DNA of 64,000 bases from Octopus sinensis (lineage: Eukaryota). A program made the translations under genes and the position numbers. The notes under the pieces were generated by a model that worked only from the letters and a program-made list of their open reading frames with translations, ran no database searches and had not been told where the DNA came from. Of this stretch, positions 13,233 through 26,097 are shown piece by piece. The stretch's first letter is position 1. The number at the start of each line of letters is the position of its first letter. The stretch covers positions 12,958,001 to 13,022,000 of the forward strand of contig NC_043010.1 of the NCBI RefSeq assembly GCF_006345805.1, written 5' to 3'.

Positions 13233-13451
13233 CCCTTTAGCATTTAAACTGGCCATATCCGGCCAAAATATTCTACCTGTTTTATGTTCAGGCTGGCCAG
13301 ATCTGACCTCTCGCACCAGCCTACAATATCTTTTAAAAAATTAACAGTTTCCTCATCAAAATTTCAAAGCTACAAGATAATGCATGATTAATTCAAAACA
13401 GTGTGACTAAATAAGCTTTACGTTTGACCGAATAATGTGAATACTAAAAGG
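13233..13451 (+). mobile_element. piggyBac-like MITE (CCCTTTAG termini)
   Basis: ccctttagcatttaaac ... ctaaaagg-ttaa; same family as 57322-57542, with partial copies near 15687, 31008 and 36029. Confidence 0.7.
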
Positions 13452-13953
13452 TTAAAGTAGAAAATTTGCATCATAGCACCAGGCGCTGATTCAGGTGGAT
13501 TTAGTATCAAATAGGTTAAAGAAAGACACCAATGAGACAACAAAGCATCCTCTGTACTTATACTGAAACTGCTAGAATTAGCAGCCAAATCACCTTCATG
13601 TTACACCCTGTCTTTGTGAAAAAAAGCTCAATTTTTTGGCTTTGGTTTTGGTTTTGGTTTGGAGAAAAAGAGGCGTGGCAATGGCTTTTGTTGACCCTCT
13701 GAATCCAGTGAAGTAGAAAATGTTAGTGTTCCACTTGAACAGCAGAATAAGAATAACTGGATAATATAACCATAAATTTGATAATGTAGTCTTAGATATA
13801 CTTAGGAAGTTGCGGGGGGATCTTTGTCATAGTTCCTGCAATCCATGCTGTTGTTTTTCCATTGAGAATGCAGTGATTCTGTTGTCTTTGTTGTTGCTAG
13901 TCTTAAATCAGTACAGCCCTGTTTGAGCAAACCTTTGATCAAAAGTATCCAGC

Positions 13954-13954
13954 T

Positions 13955-13988
<34 letters not shown>

Positions 13989-14090
13989 CCACCACCGCCG
14001 CCGCCGCCGCCGCCGCCACCGCCGCCGCCACCACCACCACCACCACCACCACCACCACCACCACCACCACCACCACCACCATCATCATCT
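13954..14090. repeat. (CAT)n(CCG)n(CCA)n trinucleotide tract
   Basis: Direct inspection; explains poly-Gly/poly-Pro ORFs. Confidence 0.95.
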
Positions 14091-14593
14091 AGCATCCACT
14101 TTCCAGAAAGGTAGTATATCCCCCTTACAAACATATTTTTCATGAGAGATTAAAAACGAAGGACACTGCTTGCTTGATGATGACGTTTATTTACAGCCAT
14201 ATTGAGATATCAAGGCAAGGAGACAGTAACACACACATGTACAAACACACAGACACACACATGCACGTTCCAACAGCTGTCTTTGTCTTTTGTTTTCCTG
14301 TAAATTTGAACCGTGTGTGTGTGTGTGTGTGTGAAGCTAGTATGCTCAGCTTATTCTAGTTTCTAAGGTACTTGCAACCAAAAGTACACAACATTTATTT
14401 GAATGAGGCCCTAATCCATCACAAGGTTAATCCCCCACCTGTTACTGTTTTAACTTATTTTCATCTCAATGAATTGGAGCAAGACGAAATGAAGTATTTT
14501 GTTCAAGAACACAACATGCTGTGTGACCTTACAATCGTAAGTCCAACAGCCAAATCATCAGGGTGCACAGCTTTTTCATTAGATATACAGCTC

Positions 14594-15005
14594 TCTTACT
14601 CTTTTACTCTTTTACTTGTTTCAGTCATTTGACTGCGGCCATGCTGGAGCACCGCCTTTAGTCGAGCAAATCGACCCCGGGACTTATTCTTTGTAAGCCC
14701 AGTACTTATTCTATCAGTCTCTTTTGCTGAACCACTAAGTGACGGGGACGTAAACACACCAGCATCGGTTGTCAAGCGATGCCAGGGGGACAAACACAGA
14801 CACACAAACATACACACACACATATATATATACATATATACGACAGGCTTCTTTCAGTTTCCGTCTACCAAATCCACTCACAAGGCATTGGTCAGCCCGG
14901 GGCTATAGCAGAAGACACTTGCCCAGGATGCCACGCAGTGGGACTGAATCCGGAACCATGTAGTTGGTTAGCAAGCTACTTACCACACAGCCGCTCCTGC
15001 ACCTA
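14594..15005 (-). mobile_element. SINE family A, full length
   Basis: Head plus (taaaagag)n tail. Confidence 0.9.
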
Positions 15006-15245
15006 TGTCAAAATGAAAGACGAGATGGCCACAGATGGAATGCCTTTGATCACTGTTTTGCTCAATCAATACAGTGCCAACTTAAGACTTAACAACCACA
15101 AAAGCAGCAAAATCACTATATGTTCTTGAATGAACTCTGATAGTTACAAATGGCAAAACGACAGCAAAGATTGCAGGGATTAAGGACTTCATCTCACAAC
15201 TACCTACCATGGTATCTTGTTTTGTTCTGGTTTTATTCCATGCAT

Positions 15246-15614
15246 GGAGGCGCAATGGCCCAGTGGTTAGGGCAGCGGACTTGCGGTCCCAGGATCGCGG
15301 TTTCAATTCCCAGACCAGGCGTTGTGAGTGTTTATTGAGCGAAAACACCTAAAGCTCCACGAGGTTCCGGCAGGAGATGGTGGTGATCCCTGCTGTACTC
15401 TTTCACCACAACTTTCTCTCACTCTTACTTCCTGTTTCTGTTGTACCTGTATTTCAAGGGGCCAGCCTTGTCACTCTCTGTGTCATGCTGAATATCCCCG
15501 AGAACTACGTTAAGGGTGCACGTGTCTGTTGAGTGCTCAGCCACGTGTCTGTTGAGTGCTCAGCCACGTTAATTTCGGATCAACCGGAACCCTCATCGTC
15601 GTGGAGTGCTTCCA
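15246..15614 (+). mobile_element. SINE family B
   Basis: Same head and tail as 2026-2408, with an internal 26-bp duplication. Confidence 0.88.
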
Positions 15615-16190
15615 TCCATTCCATGCGTTTTACATACATTTTTGGTGTATTAAACTTGTAGGACTTGGAAAGGGCTGACAAATAAACCCTTTAGCATTTA
15701 AACTGGCTCAAATATATTATCTGTTTTATGTTCAAACTGGCCAAATTTGGCTTCTCTCGTCTTCCTTATAATGTCATTCTAAAAATATTCAAGAACCTCA
15801 TCTAAAATGTCTAACTCATGAGATAATGTATGATTAATTCAAAATAATGTCCCCGTCACTTAGCGGTTCGGCAAAAGAGACCGATAGAATAAGTACTGGG
15901 CTTACAAAGAATAAGTCCCGGGGTCGATTTGCTCGACTAAAAGGCGGTGCCCCAGCATGGCCACAGTCAAAATGACTGAAACAAGTAAAAAAGTAAAAAA
16001 AAAAGTAATGTGAATGAATAAGCATTACATTTAACAAAATATTCTGAATACTAAAGGGATACCGAAATACCAGTGGATTTGGATAAACTACCTTGTTAGT
16101 ACTGATAAATGATTCTGAAGCTCTTATCCATAGAAAGCTGTGTGAAGTACTTGTTTTGAAGCCAAATAAATGACATAGCAATAAGTGACA

Positions 16191-17147
16191 AAGGTGGTGA
16201 TCTGGCAGAAATGTTAGCACACCAGGGGATATGCTTAGTGGTATTTCATCTGCCGTTACGGTATGAGTTCAAATTCCGCCGAGGTCGACTTTGCCTTTCA
16301 TCCTTTTGGAGTCAATAAATTAAGTACCAGTTACGCACTGGGGTCAATGTAATCGACTTAATCCGTTTGTCTGTTCTTGTTTGTCCCCTCTATGTTTAGC
16401 CCCTTGTGGGCAGTAAAGAAACAGGTATTTCGTCTGCTGTTATGTTCTGAGTTTAAATTCTGCCGAGGTCGACTTTGCCTTTCAACATTTCAGGGTCGAT
16501 AAATTAAGTACCAGTTACGCACTGGGGTTGATGTAATCGACTTAATCCGTTTGTCTGTCCTTGTTTGTCCCCTCTATGTTTAGCCCCTTGTGGGTAATAA
16601 AGAAATAGGTATTTCATCTGCCGTTATGCTCTGAGTTCAAATTCCGCCGTGGTCGACTTCGCCTTTCAACCTTTCAGGGTCGATAAATTAAGAACCAGTT
16701 ACGCACTGGGGTTGATGTAATCGACTTAATCCATTTGTCTGTCCTTGTTTGTCCCCTCTATGTTTAGCCCCTTGTGGGCAGTAAAGAAATAGGTATTTCG
16801 TCTGCTGTTATGTTCTGAGTTCAAATTCCGCCGAGGTCGACTTTGCTTTTCATCCTTTCGGGGTCGATAAATTAAGTACCAGTTATGCACTAGGGTCGGT
16901 ATAATCGACTTAATCCGTTTGTCTGTCCTTGTTTCTCCCCTCTATGTTTAGCCCCTTGTAGGTAATAAAGAAACAGGTATTTCGTCTGCCGTTATGTTTT
17001 GAGTTCAAATTCCGCCGAGGTCGACTTTGCTTTTCATCCTTTCGGGGTCGATGAAATAAATACCAGTTACACACTGGGTTCGCTATAGTCAACTTATTCC
17101 CTTGTTTGTCCCCTCTATGTTTAGCCCCCTGTGGGCAATAAAGAAAT
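16191..17147 (+). mobile_element. SINE family C (tail C1): one head plus five tandem 184-bp units
   Basis: Unit starts at 16240, 16424, 16608, 16792 and 16976; core aggtcgactttgcctttcatcctttcggggtcgataa; TSD taagtgaca at 16182-16190 and 17148-17156. Confidence 0.9.
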
Positions 17148-19159
17148 TAAGTGACAGAGCAGCTACACAATATCATCACTTTGGTTTGGTCAAGTGAAGG
17201 CCTTGCAAATAAATGACCAGTCCTGTTTCACGCACCCAATACCATAAATGACAATGTCACAAGCTGTTTCTGCTAAAATTACTGAATTTTCCAGATGGAC
17301 AGATAGGTGGAAAGACAGACAAATGGACAGCTAGGTAGATGGTCAAACAGATAAACAGATGGCTAGGTGGATGGATAGATAGGTTGATGAGTGAATGGGA
17401 GGGCAGACAGATGACTAGACAAGTGGATGGCTGACCAGAAGGATAGATGGACAGATGGATGGCAAGATAGATGGATGGATGGATGGATGGAGGTATGGCA
17501 GCAAAGCATGGCTGCAGGCTGGCATATGGGTAGGTAGATAGATATGAAGGAGAAGAAAGAAATTTAGATATGTCAGAGCACTATCACATAATTGTGACTT
17601 AAAATTCATTGCAAATGTGCTGAGTCAGTTACCATGACACTTCTTGTAGATGCTTCAGTTCACCTCTCCATCATAAATAGATGTCAGATCTTCTTGGAGT
17701 TTCGTGTGTGATAGATGGTGTCTTTAACTTGAGTGTGAGGAATTGTTAATCCAAATGACACAGCAACTGCTCCTAGAGCTCTGATAGGCGTAGTTATTGT
17801 CGTTGTCACTTACAGACATAATCTCATGAAATTTTACACACACACACACATACACGCATCCATGTAATTTATACATACACACCCAAACATAATCATGCAA
17901 ATACATGCACTTTCACACATACACACATACACATGCACATAGATGTTCATTGATGTACATTTGCATACACCACATGCCCTATGAGTCATTAAAGATATTT
18001 TACATAAAATAAAAAGAAATAGTAGTACAAGTAAGTGCTTTGATCCTAATTAAGGAAGATTATCATTAGAAGTGAAATTGATTTTTTTTATTAATTCCTG
18101 GAAAAATCTCCAGAGACTTATATTTCAACTTTAATTATTTATTTAATACAAAAATTCAGTTACTAGATTTCTTTTCTAGTGAATAAATCTTCTAATTAGA
18201 AATAAAATAATGTATAAAGAATTAGATAAAACACATTAGGTCTGAATTTCAATTAAGGCTAATAGGTTTAAATGACGAATAGAGAACAAACAAAGTCAAG
18301 TTTATAACTGCTTTTTTTTTTTTCCTTAAACAAAATCAAAAAAGAACTTAATGAAAAGTCTAAGAATTCTTTTTTTCTTTAATGATGGCGCTATATGGGA
18401 GAAGGAAAGTACATTGTTATTTTACTCAAAAGACAAAAAAAAAAAAAGAAGAGAAATTTTTATTTTCAGAATTTTATATTTTGTATGATGCTCTAACATG
18501 ATTCATTAACTCTGCTGGACTAATCAGTCTGAGAAAATTTTCAAAGACCCACCGTTTTGTGATTTTCAACCTGTGGTAGGAGTAAGCCTACATCTAATCA
18601 ATTGCCATTTTGTAGTCTAGTGATTTATCCAATCCAGTCTTTGAGATTTGAACTCAAAATAAAGAACTATTAGAATAAGCTATATATTATTATGTTATTA
18701 TGCATCTAGGTAGGGTGGCAAGCTGGTAGAATTGTCAGCATACCGAGCAAATTGCTTAGTGACATTGCAACAATCCGAGGTCAAATTCCGCCAAGGTTGA
18801 CTTTGCCTTTCAATTTTTCGCGGCCAATACAATATGTGCCACTTGAGAACTGGGGTCAATGTAATCAACTTACACCTGCAGGAAATAGCTAGCCTTGTGC
18901 CAAAATTTGAAACCATTATTATTATTCTGTAGTTTCATTTTTATATCGTGCTTTCACTTCACTACCGAGCACAGCTCTGTGTGCCTTGGGTATGTGCTGT
19001 GATTTGTTGTGATGCTCTGATGCTTACTGTATTGAAAGTGTTTTGCGTAGGAGGTGTGCAGTGCCTAGTAGTGCAATTTTCTGTATGTTATATGTGTTTG
19101 TAAGTCCTGGTGTTTTTGTTATGTATTTGTCTGAATATTCTTTTTCTTTATTATTATTA

Positions 19160-19194
<35 letters not shown>

Positions 19195-19412
19195 TAAGGT
19201 AGAAAGCTGATAGAACTGTTAGCATGCTGGGCAAAATTCTTAGTGGCATTTCGTTCGCCTTTGTTCCGAGTTCAAAATTCGCCAAGGTCGGTTACTTTTA
19301 ACTTTTTCAGGGTCAATAAAATAACTAACAGTCAAGCACTGGGGTCGATATAATTGATTTACCCCATCCCCCGAATTTGCTGACCTTGTGCCAAAATCGG
19401 AAATCACTGCTA

Positions 19413-19444
<32 letters not shown>

Positions 19445-20217
19445 TAAGGTGGCAAGCTGGTAGAATCATTAGCATGCCTGGCAAAATTCTTAGAGACATT
19501 TCATCCATCTTTATGTTCTGTTTGCCTTTAATCTTTTCAGGGTAAATAAAATAAGTACCAGTCAGGTACTGGGGTGGATGTAATCAACTTCCCAACAAAT
19601 ATGTGCCTTTATGCCAATGTTAGGAATCAATATATTATAGATGTATGAGCTATATATTATATATACAACATAGATGGATGTGTTATATAGCATATGTATG
19701 GACAGAGAGACAGAGGAGATAGATAGATATATCAAGGATATATAAGGTTGTGCCAAGGCAGACAATGGAGGCTGGTGCAGCTCTCAGGCTTGCCATCTCC
19801 TGTCATACTGTCCAACTCATACCAGCATGGAAGAAGGGCATTAAATAATGATGATGATGGTGATGATGATGATATTGTAAAAATATAAGTTATATACTAT
19901 TATACATATATCATAAATGTATAGACATTTTTCGATTGTATATTTTTTTTTACAATGTTTCTTATTATATGATATGGGTGTATGTCAGATACATTACATA
20001 TTTACAAATGAATACGTTATATATTATCTATGCATGTTACAGATGTGTGTGTTATATATGCATGTGTGTATTATATATTTTTCATAATATATTATGTATA
20101 TTTTGTAGATGTATATAATATATTAAATATATATTATATATGCTTAAAGTATATATATATATTACACGTAAATATGTTATATATAATATACCACATATAT
20201 TACAAATGCTAAAGATA

Positions 20218-20605
20218 TATCTCTCTCTATATAAACGGCAGTTTGTCTGTGCGTTTTCTGTGTGTCTGTTTTCTCGTACCCTCACTCTGACCACGGCTTT
20301 CAACCGATTCTGATGAAACTTGACACACACATAGCCCAATGTCATAATTCAAAACTAACGCAGCGAAAATTTTGAAAAGTTCCCCCAGTTCTGAAAAAAA
20401 TCGATAAATTCGACATGGGGTCGAGAATCAGAAATCCAAACCACAGACCGTCTAGGGGACGCAACTCCACCTTTTTTAACTCTCAAAAAAAATTTACCAT
20501 CATTTTTTTTCCATTTTTTTGCTATTTTTTGGCTATAACTCTCTAAAAATGCTTTATAGTTATTTCCCTTACAAACCTGAGCAACGCCGGGCGATACTGC
20601 TAGTA
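20218..20605 (-). mobile_element. HINE/DINE-1-like element, second subfamily
   Basis: Same 5' terminus as 10471 (tactagcagtatcgcccggcgttgctc), different interior, 3' acagacaaactgccgtttatatagagagagat. Confidence 0.65.
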
Positions 20606-20689
20606 TAGTATAAATGACCTGGTCACATAACTATGAACTTTATCCTTTATTCCATTTTGTAAACTTCACTATACTAATCATCATCATCG

Positions 20690-21025
20690 TCGTTTAACGT
20701 CCACTTTCCATGCTGGCATGGGTTGGACAATTTTGACTGAGGGCTGGCGAACCAGATGGCTGCACCAGACTCCAATCTTGATTTGGCAGAGTTTCTACAG
20801 CTGGATGCCCTTCCTAATGCCAACCACAAAAGTGTAGTAGGTGCTTTTTACTTGCCACCAGCACGGGGGCCAGTCAGGTAGTACTGGCAATGACCTCGCT
20901 CGAATTTTTTTACACATGCCACCAGCACAGATGCCGGTAAGGCGACGTTGGTAACGATCACGCTCGAATGGTGCCCTTTTACGTGCCACTGGCACGGAAG
21001 CCAGTTGGCTGCTCTAGCAACGATG
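20690..21025 (-). mobile_element. Family D retro-element with (GAT)n tail
   Basis: gttggcattaggaagggcatccagctgtagaaac...gcatggaaagtggacgttaaacgacgatgatg. Confidence 0.85.
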
Positions 21026-23086
21026 ATCCAGGTATATCTTATTAAAAGTCATGTAATGATGTAAGTTAGTTTCGTTTTCGTATCTGGTTTACAAAATCCT
21101 TTATGCGAATTCATGTGTTGAAACAAATTTCGTTGTGTCTGGGGAGAGTGATACTGTCTTAATGCCTTAATATCTAACACACTCACCGGTTCAATTTCTA
21201 AAGTCAACATCCATGACAAGGTTGCCAAAGCAACGAAAATTTTGGGAAAGAAAAAATAAATAATAAATGAGTGGATATTGGTAAGTGCGTTAGACATTAG
21301 GGCATTAAAACAGTATGACTCTCCCCAAATACAACAAAAGGGAAGTTAGTATTCTTGCACAAATGTTTTCGTGTTTTGATGTCTTCTAACTGAACAGCAT
21401 TAATTGTGACATTGTTCTGATAATTTTTACTCTCTGTTGAAAAAAAAATAATAATAAAACAGAGAAACAGGGATATAATTGACCATAGTGATGTATATGT
21501 GTGTATTGCATGTCATCATCATCATCATCATTTGATATCCATTTTCTATTCGGCTTGAGTTGGATGGTTTGATAGAAGCTGGCAGTGAGCTGGCAGAATC
21601 GTTAGCACGCCGGGCGAAATGCTTAGCAGTATTTCATCTGCCACTACGTTCTGAGTATAGTAGAAGACACTTGCCCAAGATGCCACGCAGTGGGACTGAA
21701 CCCGGAACCATGTTGTTGGTAAGCAAGCTACTTACCACGCAGCCACTCCTGCGCCTATATATACATATATACGACAGGCTTCTTTCAGTTTCTGCCTACC
21801 AAATCCACTCACAAGGCATTGGTCGGCCCGGGGCTATAGCAGAAGACACTTGCCCAAGATGCCACGCAGTGGGACTGAACCCGGAACCATGTGGTTGGTT
21901 AGCAAGCTACTTACCACACAGCCACTCCTGCGCCTAGTTCATAATCTTCAAATTACATTGAGACTCTTTGACCCAATACTATTCATCTGATTCAAAATTG
22001 GCCCAAACCTTACAAGTATATATCCTACACCTATGTTACACTACATTACTATTGTTTAAGTGCTTTGATGAGTGAATTCTATCTCACTGAATGTTTGTAA
22101 CCAACGCATTACCTTAACATATAATGATGATATCAGATTTCTTCTCAGTAATGTCTAAGCAAATATATCTGTATTTCTTGCCATTTCTAAAGAAATACAA
22201 TCTGTTGTTTCTTATTTTTTTTCTTTTTTTATTTCCTGTCACATTATTCAAGTTCGTTTCAATTCTATATTTTCTGTAAAAAAGTGTAAGTAGAATTCTA
22301 TGTTTATAGCAGAAGTCTGAATAACAATTCAGGCATCCAAAATAAAATAGAAAAAAAAAAAAAAATCTCACGACAAAATATATATTAGTAAAAAAAAAAA
22401 AAAAAAATGGAAACAAAAAAAATAACTCCAATACAATTTACCTTCAAACCATAATGGTATGGCTATATCTAATTTAGTTTTTTTCTCTCTAACCTTTGTG
22501 ACATCAGTGCATTAGTGCTTTCAACATCTTAGGGTTACAAATGTCATTAGCAACAACATGTTTGGGTCATAAAGGTTACAGAAAATTCTCTTGCCAATGC
22601 TGTTCCAAAATATATAAATTCACACAATAAATTTAGTTGGCTTTCTTTCACGTTTGCAAAAACCACCCCTTTTTTTTTCACTGCCAATATTTTGAAAGGG
22701 CTGCAGTTCAGCTGCTAGATTAGTTTTTCTACCACCCTTTTTAGTATTATTGAAAAAACAAAAAAAAAATGATAATAATAATAATAATAATAATAATAGC
22801 AATAATAATAGTAAAAATAAAAAAGGGTTTAAAGCTGAACTTCAAAGAGAAGCAAGTCTCTTTAGAAGCAAAAAGGGGAAAGGGAAACTGCAAGTTAGGA
22901 AATAAAATTAAAAAATATTATTTCTGCATTTCCAAGAATTCAGTATTGGTAATAAAATCAATAGGATGTTAGTGATGTCAGCTCGAACACTGCAGGGGCA
23001 ACCAATCAACAGTTCAGTGGCTGTTAGAACTAAATTATCACAGTGAACTCACCAACTGCCTACAGACAATTGCTAGTGTTACTTAC

Positions 23087-23125
23087 TCAGACAGAAATTA
23101 CAAATAAAAGCAAGTTTCCAACGTT
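23087..23125 (-). CDS. Candidate 39-nt exon (E)RWKLAFICNFCL, host gene unidentified
   Basis: Acceptor gatttttgcag, donor gtaagt, phase 1-1 open frame; no homology recognised. Confidence 0.2.
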   Translation of the reverse strand, partial: NVGNLLLFVISV

Positions 23126-23483
23126 CTGCAAAAATCATACCATTTTGTTGACCAGAGTAAAAAAGACCAATAGCAAGATGAAATATAAATTGTGAATAGC
23201 TGTGTGGTGGTGAGGAAGTTTACATTGTAATCATGTTGTTGTAGGTTCAAACCTATTGCACAGTACCATATTTTTTTTTTTTTTCATTTTTAGTCTTTCC
23301 TTGTTTCAGTCATTAGACAGTGTCCATGCTGGAGCACTACCTTCAAGAACATTTTTGTCAAATGAATTGACCCCAGTAATTATTATTATTTAGGGTTTTT
23401 TTTTTTTTGAAAGCCTGATATTTATTTTATTGGTCTCTTTTGCCAAACTGCTAGATTACAGGGATGCAAACACTCCAAAACTG

Positions 23484-23645
23484 TACATTATTTATGTTAT
23501 TTACATTCAACGGATATTTGTCCTCATCTTGTTTGTTGTTAACACAACATTTCGGCTGATATACCCTCCAGCCTTTTCAGGTTTCTTAGAGAAATTTCGA
23601 ACCTGGGTTCTCATTCCTAAGGTATTTTCGATGTTATTATTATTT

Positions 23646-23676
<31 letters not shown>

Positions 23677-23925
23677 TATCATTATTATTATTACTATTAT
23701 CATTATTATTATTACTATTATCATTGTTGTTCAGGTCACTGCATGGAATCAAACTCGGAATCTTGGGGTTAGTAGCCCGTGCTCTTAACCACTATGCCAT
23801 ATGCCCATGGGCATATGGTGTAGTAAAGAATATAAATAATATCCTTAGTAAATATGTAAAAAATATCTGTTGAATGTAAATAATGTACATAATTCCTCAT
23901 CTCTTAAATACAGAACTGTTCTCCA
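23484..23925. mobile_element. tRNA-headed element with (AAT)n spacer and hammerhead-like 3' part, in a head-to-head inverted arrangement
   Basis: Minus arm: head gggcatatggcatagtggttaagagc..gagtttgattcc (23734-23806), (AAT)n, HHR-like motif, tail; plus arm repeats the head start (23809-23824) and tail (from ~23864). Confidence 0.6.
23541..23584 (-). ncRNA. Degenerate minimal type-I hammerhead ribozyme
   Basis: AAAC-CUGAAAA-GGCUG(10-nt loop)CAGCC-GAAA-UG-UU-GUGUU: perfect stem II and GAAA; core G8 lost and stem III decayed (AUGU versus palindromic ACGU). Confidence 0.55.
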
Positions 23926-25046
23926 GTACTGTTTTGTTGAGTAGTGGTGGGAGGAGAAACAGACACAAAAACACACATGTGCTTGTGCATACACACACAC
24001 ACACACACAAACTTACACACTTGCATTTATTTGTATATACAATGGGCTTCTTTCAGTTTCCATCTACCAAATCACTCACAAGGCTTTGGTCGGGCCAAGG
24101 CTATAGCAGAAGGCACTCGCCCAAAGTGCCATGCTGTGGGACTGACCCAGACCCATATGATTGGGAAGTAAGCTTCTTACCACACAGTCACACCTGTGCT
24201 TCAGGTAAATATCTTTTACAATAGCCTTAGTTTAATTTGACCAAATGTTAGATTGTCTGCATAGAGAGGAAACTGGGCAGAATTCCATTGTGTGTGTGTG
24301 TGTATATCTCTTTGTATATGTGTGTGACTATGTTTGTGTATATTAGTGTAAACCAGAATTTGAGTTGCATCCCTTTTATAAGAACAAAGCAACTTAGCAA
24401 TCCAGTAAAGAATGATTGGCAAAGTAAGTCCCAGATTAAAATAAATTCTGTGATTGAATATATGTGGCTAAAACCCTTGAAAATGGGACCCAGTTTCACC
24501 ACTGTCTAAAAGGCTGACGCTATTCTTATATCAGGAACAACAACAAAATATGGGAACATAAACAAACCAACACCAGTTGTCAAGCAAATGTGGGCGACAA
24601 ACACAGACACAAACACAGATATACATACATACATACATAAATAAACTGTATATATATATATATATTATATAGAGGGCATTATTACACATAAATACAGCAC
24701 GCTAGGAGGGACTTTTAAAGTCAAAACTACCAAAATAAACAAATTGTACCGAATGCAATTTTTGAAGCGAGTCATTTAAAAACAGAATTTAGTTGCAGAT
24801 CACCTGTGATTTCGCAATCAATGCAGTATTTGCATTCCTTGCAAATATATATATATATATATATATATATAACTAATTTAGAGATGAACCACCATTTCAC
24901 AACTCACTCAATGAAGGAACCGTCTAAAACCATTCTGTGAGACATATACCATAGAAAATCGAATATCATACAAAAAAAAACATTCATCATAAAAATATTA
25001 ATCTAAAATCAAATAAAAATTAATACAATTAAACAAAAATTAATAC

Positions 25047-25169
25047 AATAATATAATGTATAAAAGTAAGTACTAGTACATTGACTGCACGCGTTTCATG
25101 GCTGACTTAGGACTATATGAAACACGTGTAGTCAATGTACTAGTAATTACTTTTATACATTATATTATT
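25047..25169. repeat. Inverted repeat with 53-bp arms and 17-nt spacer
   Basis: Arms 25047-25099 and 25117-25169 with 3 mismatches. Confidence 0.9.
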
Positions 25170-25204
25170 AGTTATATATTCCTTTTATTACTTATATATA
25201 TATA

Positions 25205-26097
25205 TGTGATGGGTAAATTGTCATCAGTTTATATTTTTTATTTCATGCATGCATATTATTTTTGATTTTGTTGACTACACAGTATAGTAGGGTCTGTTGG
25301 GCACTGTCCGTGAGAAAAACAGCACCATGATGCAATTCATTCTGTCAGAAGTTTGGAAATGACATGTTGTACTGCTTGGCATTCTTGCCAGAAGCTCCAA
25401 TATGAACAGATGGTGTACACACAGAACTACCGTTGGCTTGCCATGCCCCCAAAACATGTACCAAGAGTGATAAAAATCAAACATCTAGTCAACATCATGG
25501 TGTTTGGAGTGATCACTAGTGATGGCGACGTTATGCCTCCATTCATCTTCACACACGGACTCAGACTCAACATGGAGGTCTACATCAAGTGCCTGGAGGA
25601 GGCAATGCTACCGTGGGACAAGAGGGCAGCTGCTGGAAGACGTTATGTTTGGCAACAGGACTCTGCACCATGCCACACAAGCAGGAGAACCCAGTCATGG
25701 CTGTTAGACTGTTTCTGCAACCATATCAACCCTAACATCTGGCCACCTAACTCCCCAGACTGCAACCCCTTCTTTGATTATTATTTGTGGGGCACAGTTG
25801 AGCAAGAGACCAACAAATCGCTTTGTAATATCAAAGATGAACTGAAGGCAAGGATTATGGCAGCATTCACCAACTTAAACAAGGAGACCATCCAGAAGAG
25901 TTGCAGGGGATTCTGAAGTCGTCCAGAGGCCATAGTTGAAGCAAATGGCGATTTTATTGAATAGATTTACTCTTTAGTATTTCAAGATATTTTTATATAA
26001 TTTTGGTAAATATATCTGTTAAAATGACCTGTCAGTGTTTTTTCATTTTCGCATAATCTACATGGCAATATATTCACTGCAACCTGTATATAAGTGT
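25205..26097 (+). mobile_element. Truncated maT/DD37D-like Tc1/mariner transposon
   Basis: Transposase fragment inside; right end ..ttcactgcaacctg-TA; left end uncertain. Confidence 0.7.
25353..25916 (+). pseudogene. Transposase catalytic-domain fragment (maT/DD37D type)
   Basis: VMVFG-like ..IMVFGVITSDG..WQQDSAPCH..WPPNSPDCNPFFDYYLWG motifs; N-terminal DNA-binding region and first D missing. Confidence 0.85.

Noticed and set aside
16240-17147. Regularly spaced repeats suggestive of CRISPR
   Set aside because: Units are contiguous 184-bp SINE bodies with no unique spacers; eukaryotic context and no cas genes
23734-23806. tRNA gene (also heads of families A, B, C, E)
   Set aside because: A/B boxes are present but there is no complete acceptor stem, and they are fused to SINE bodies
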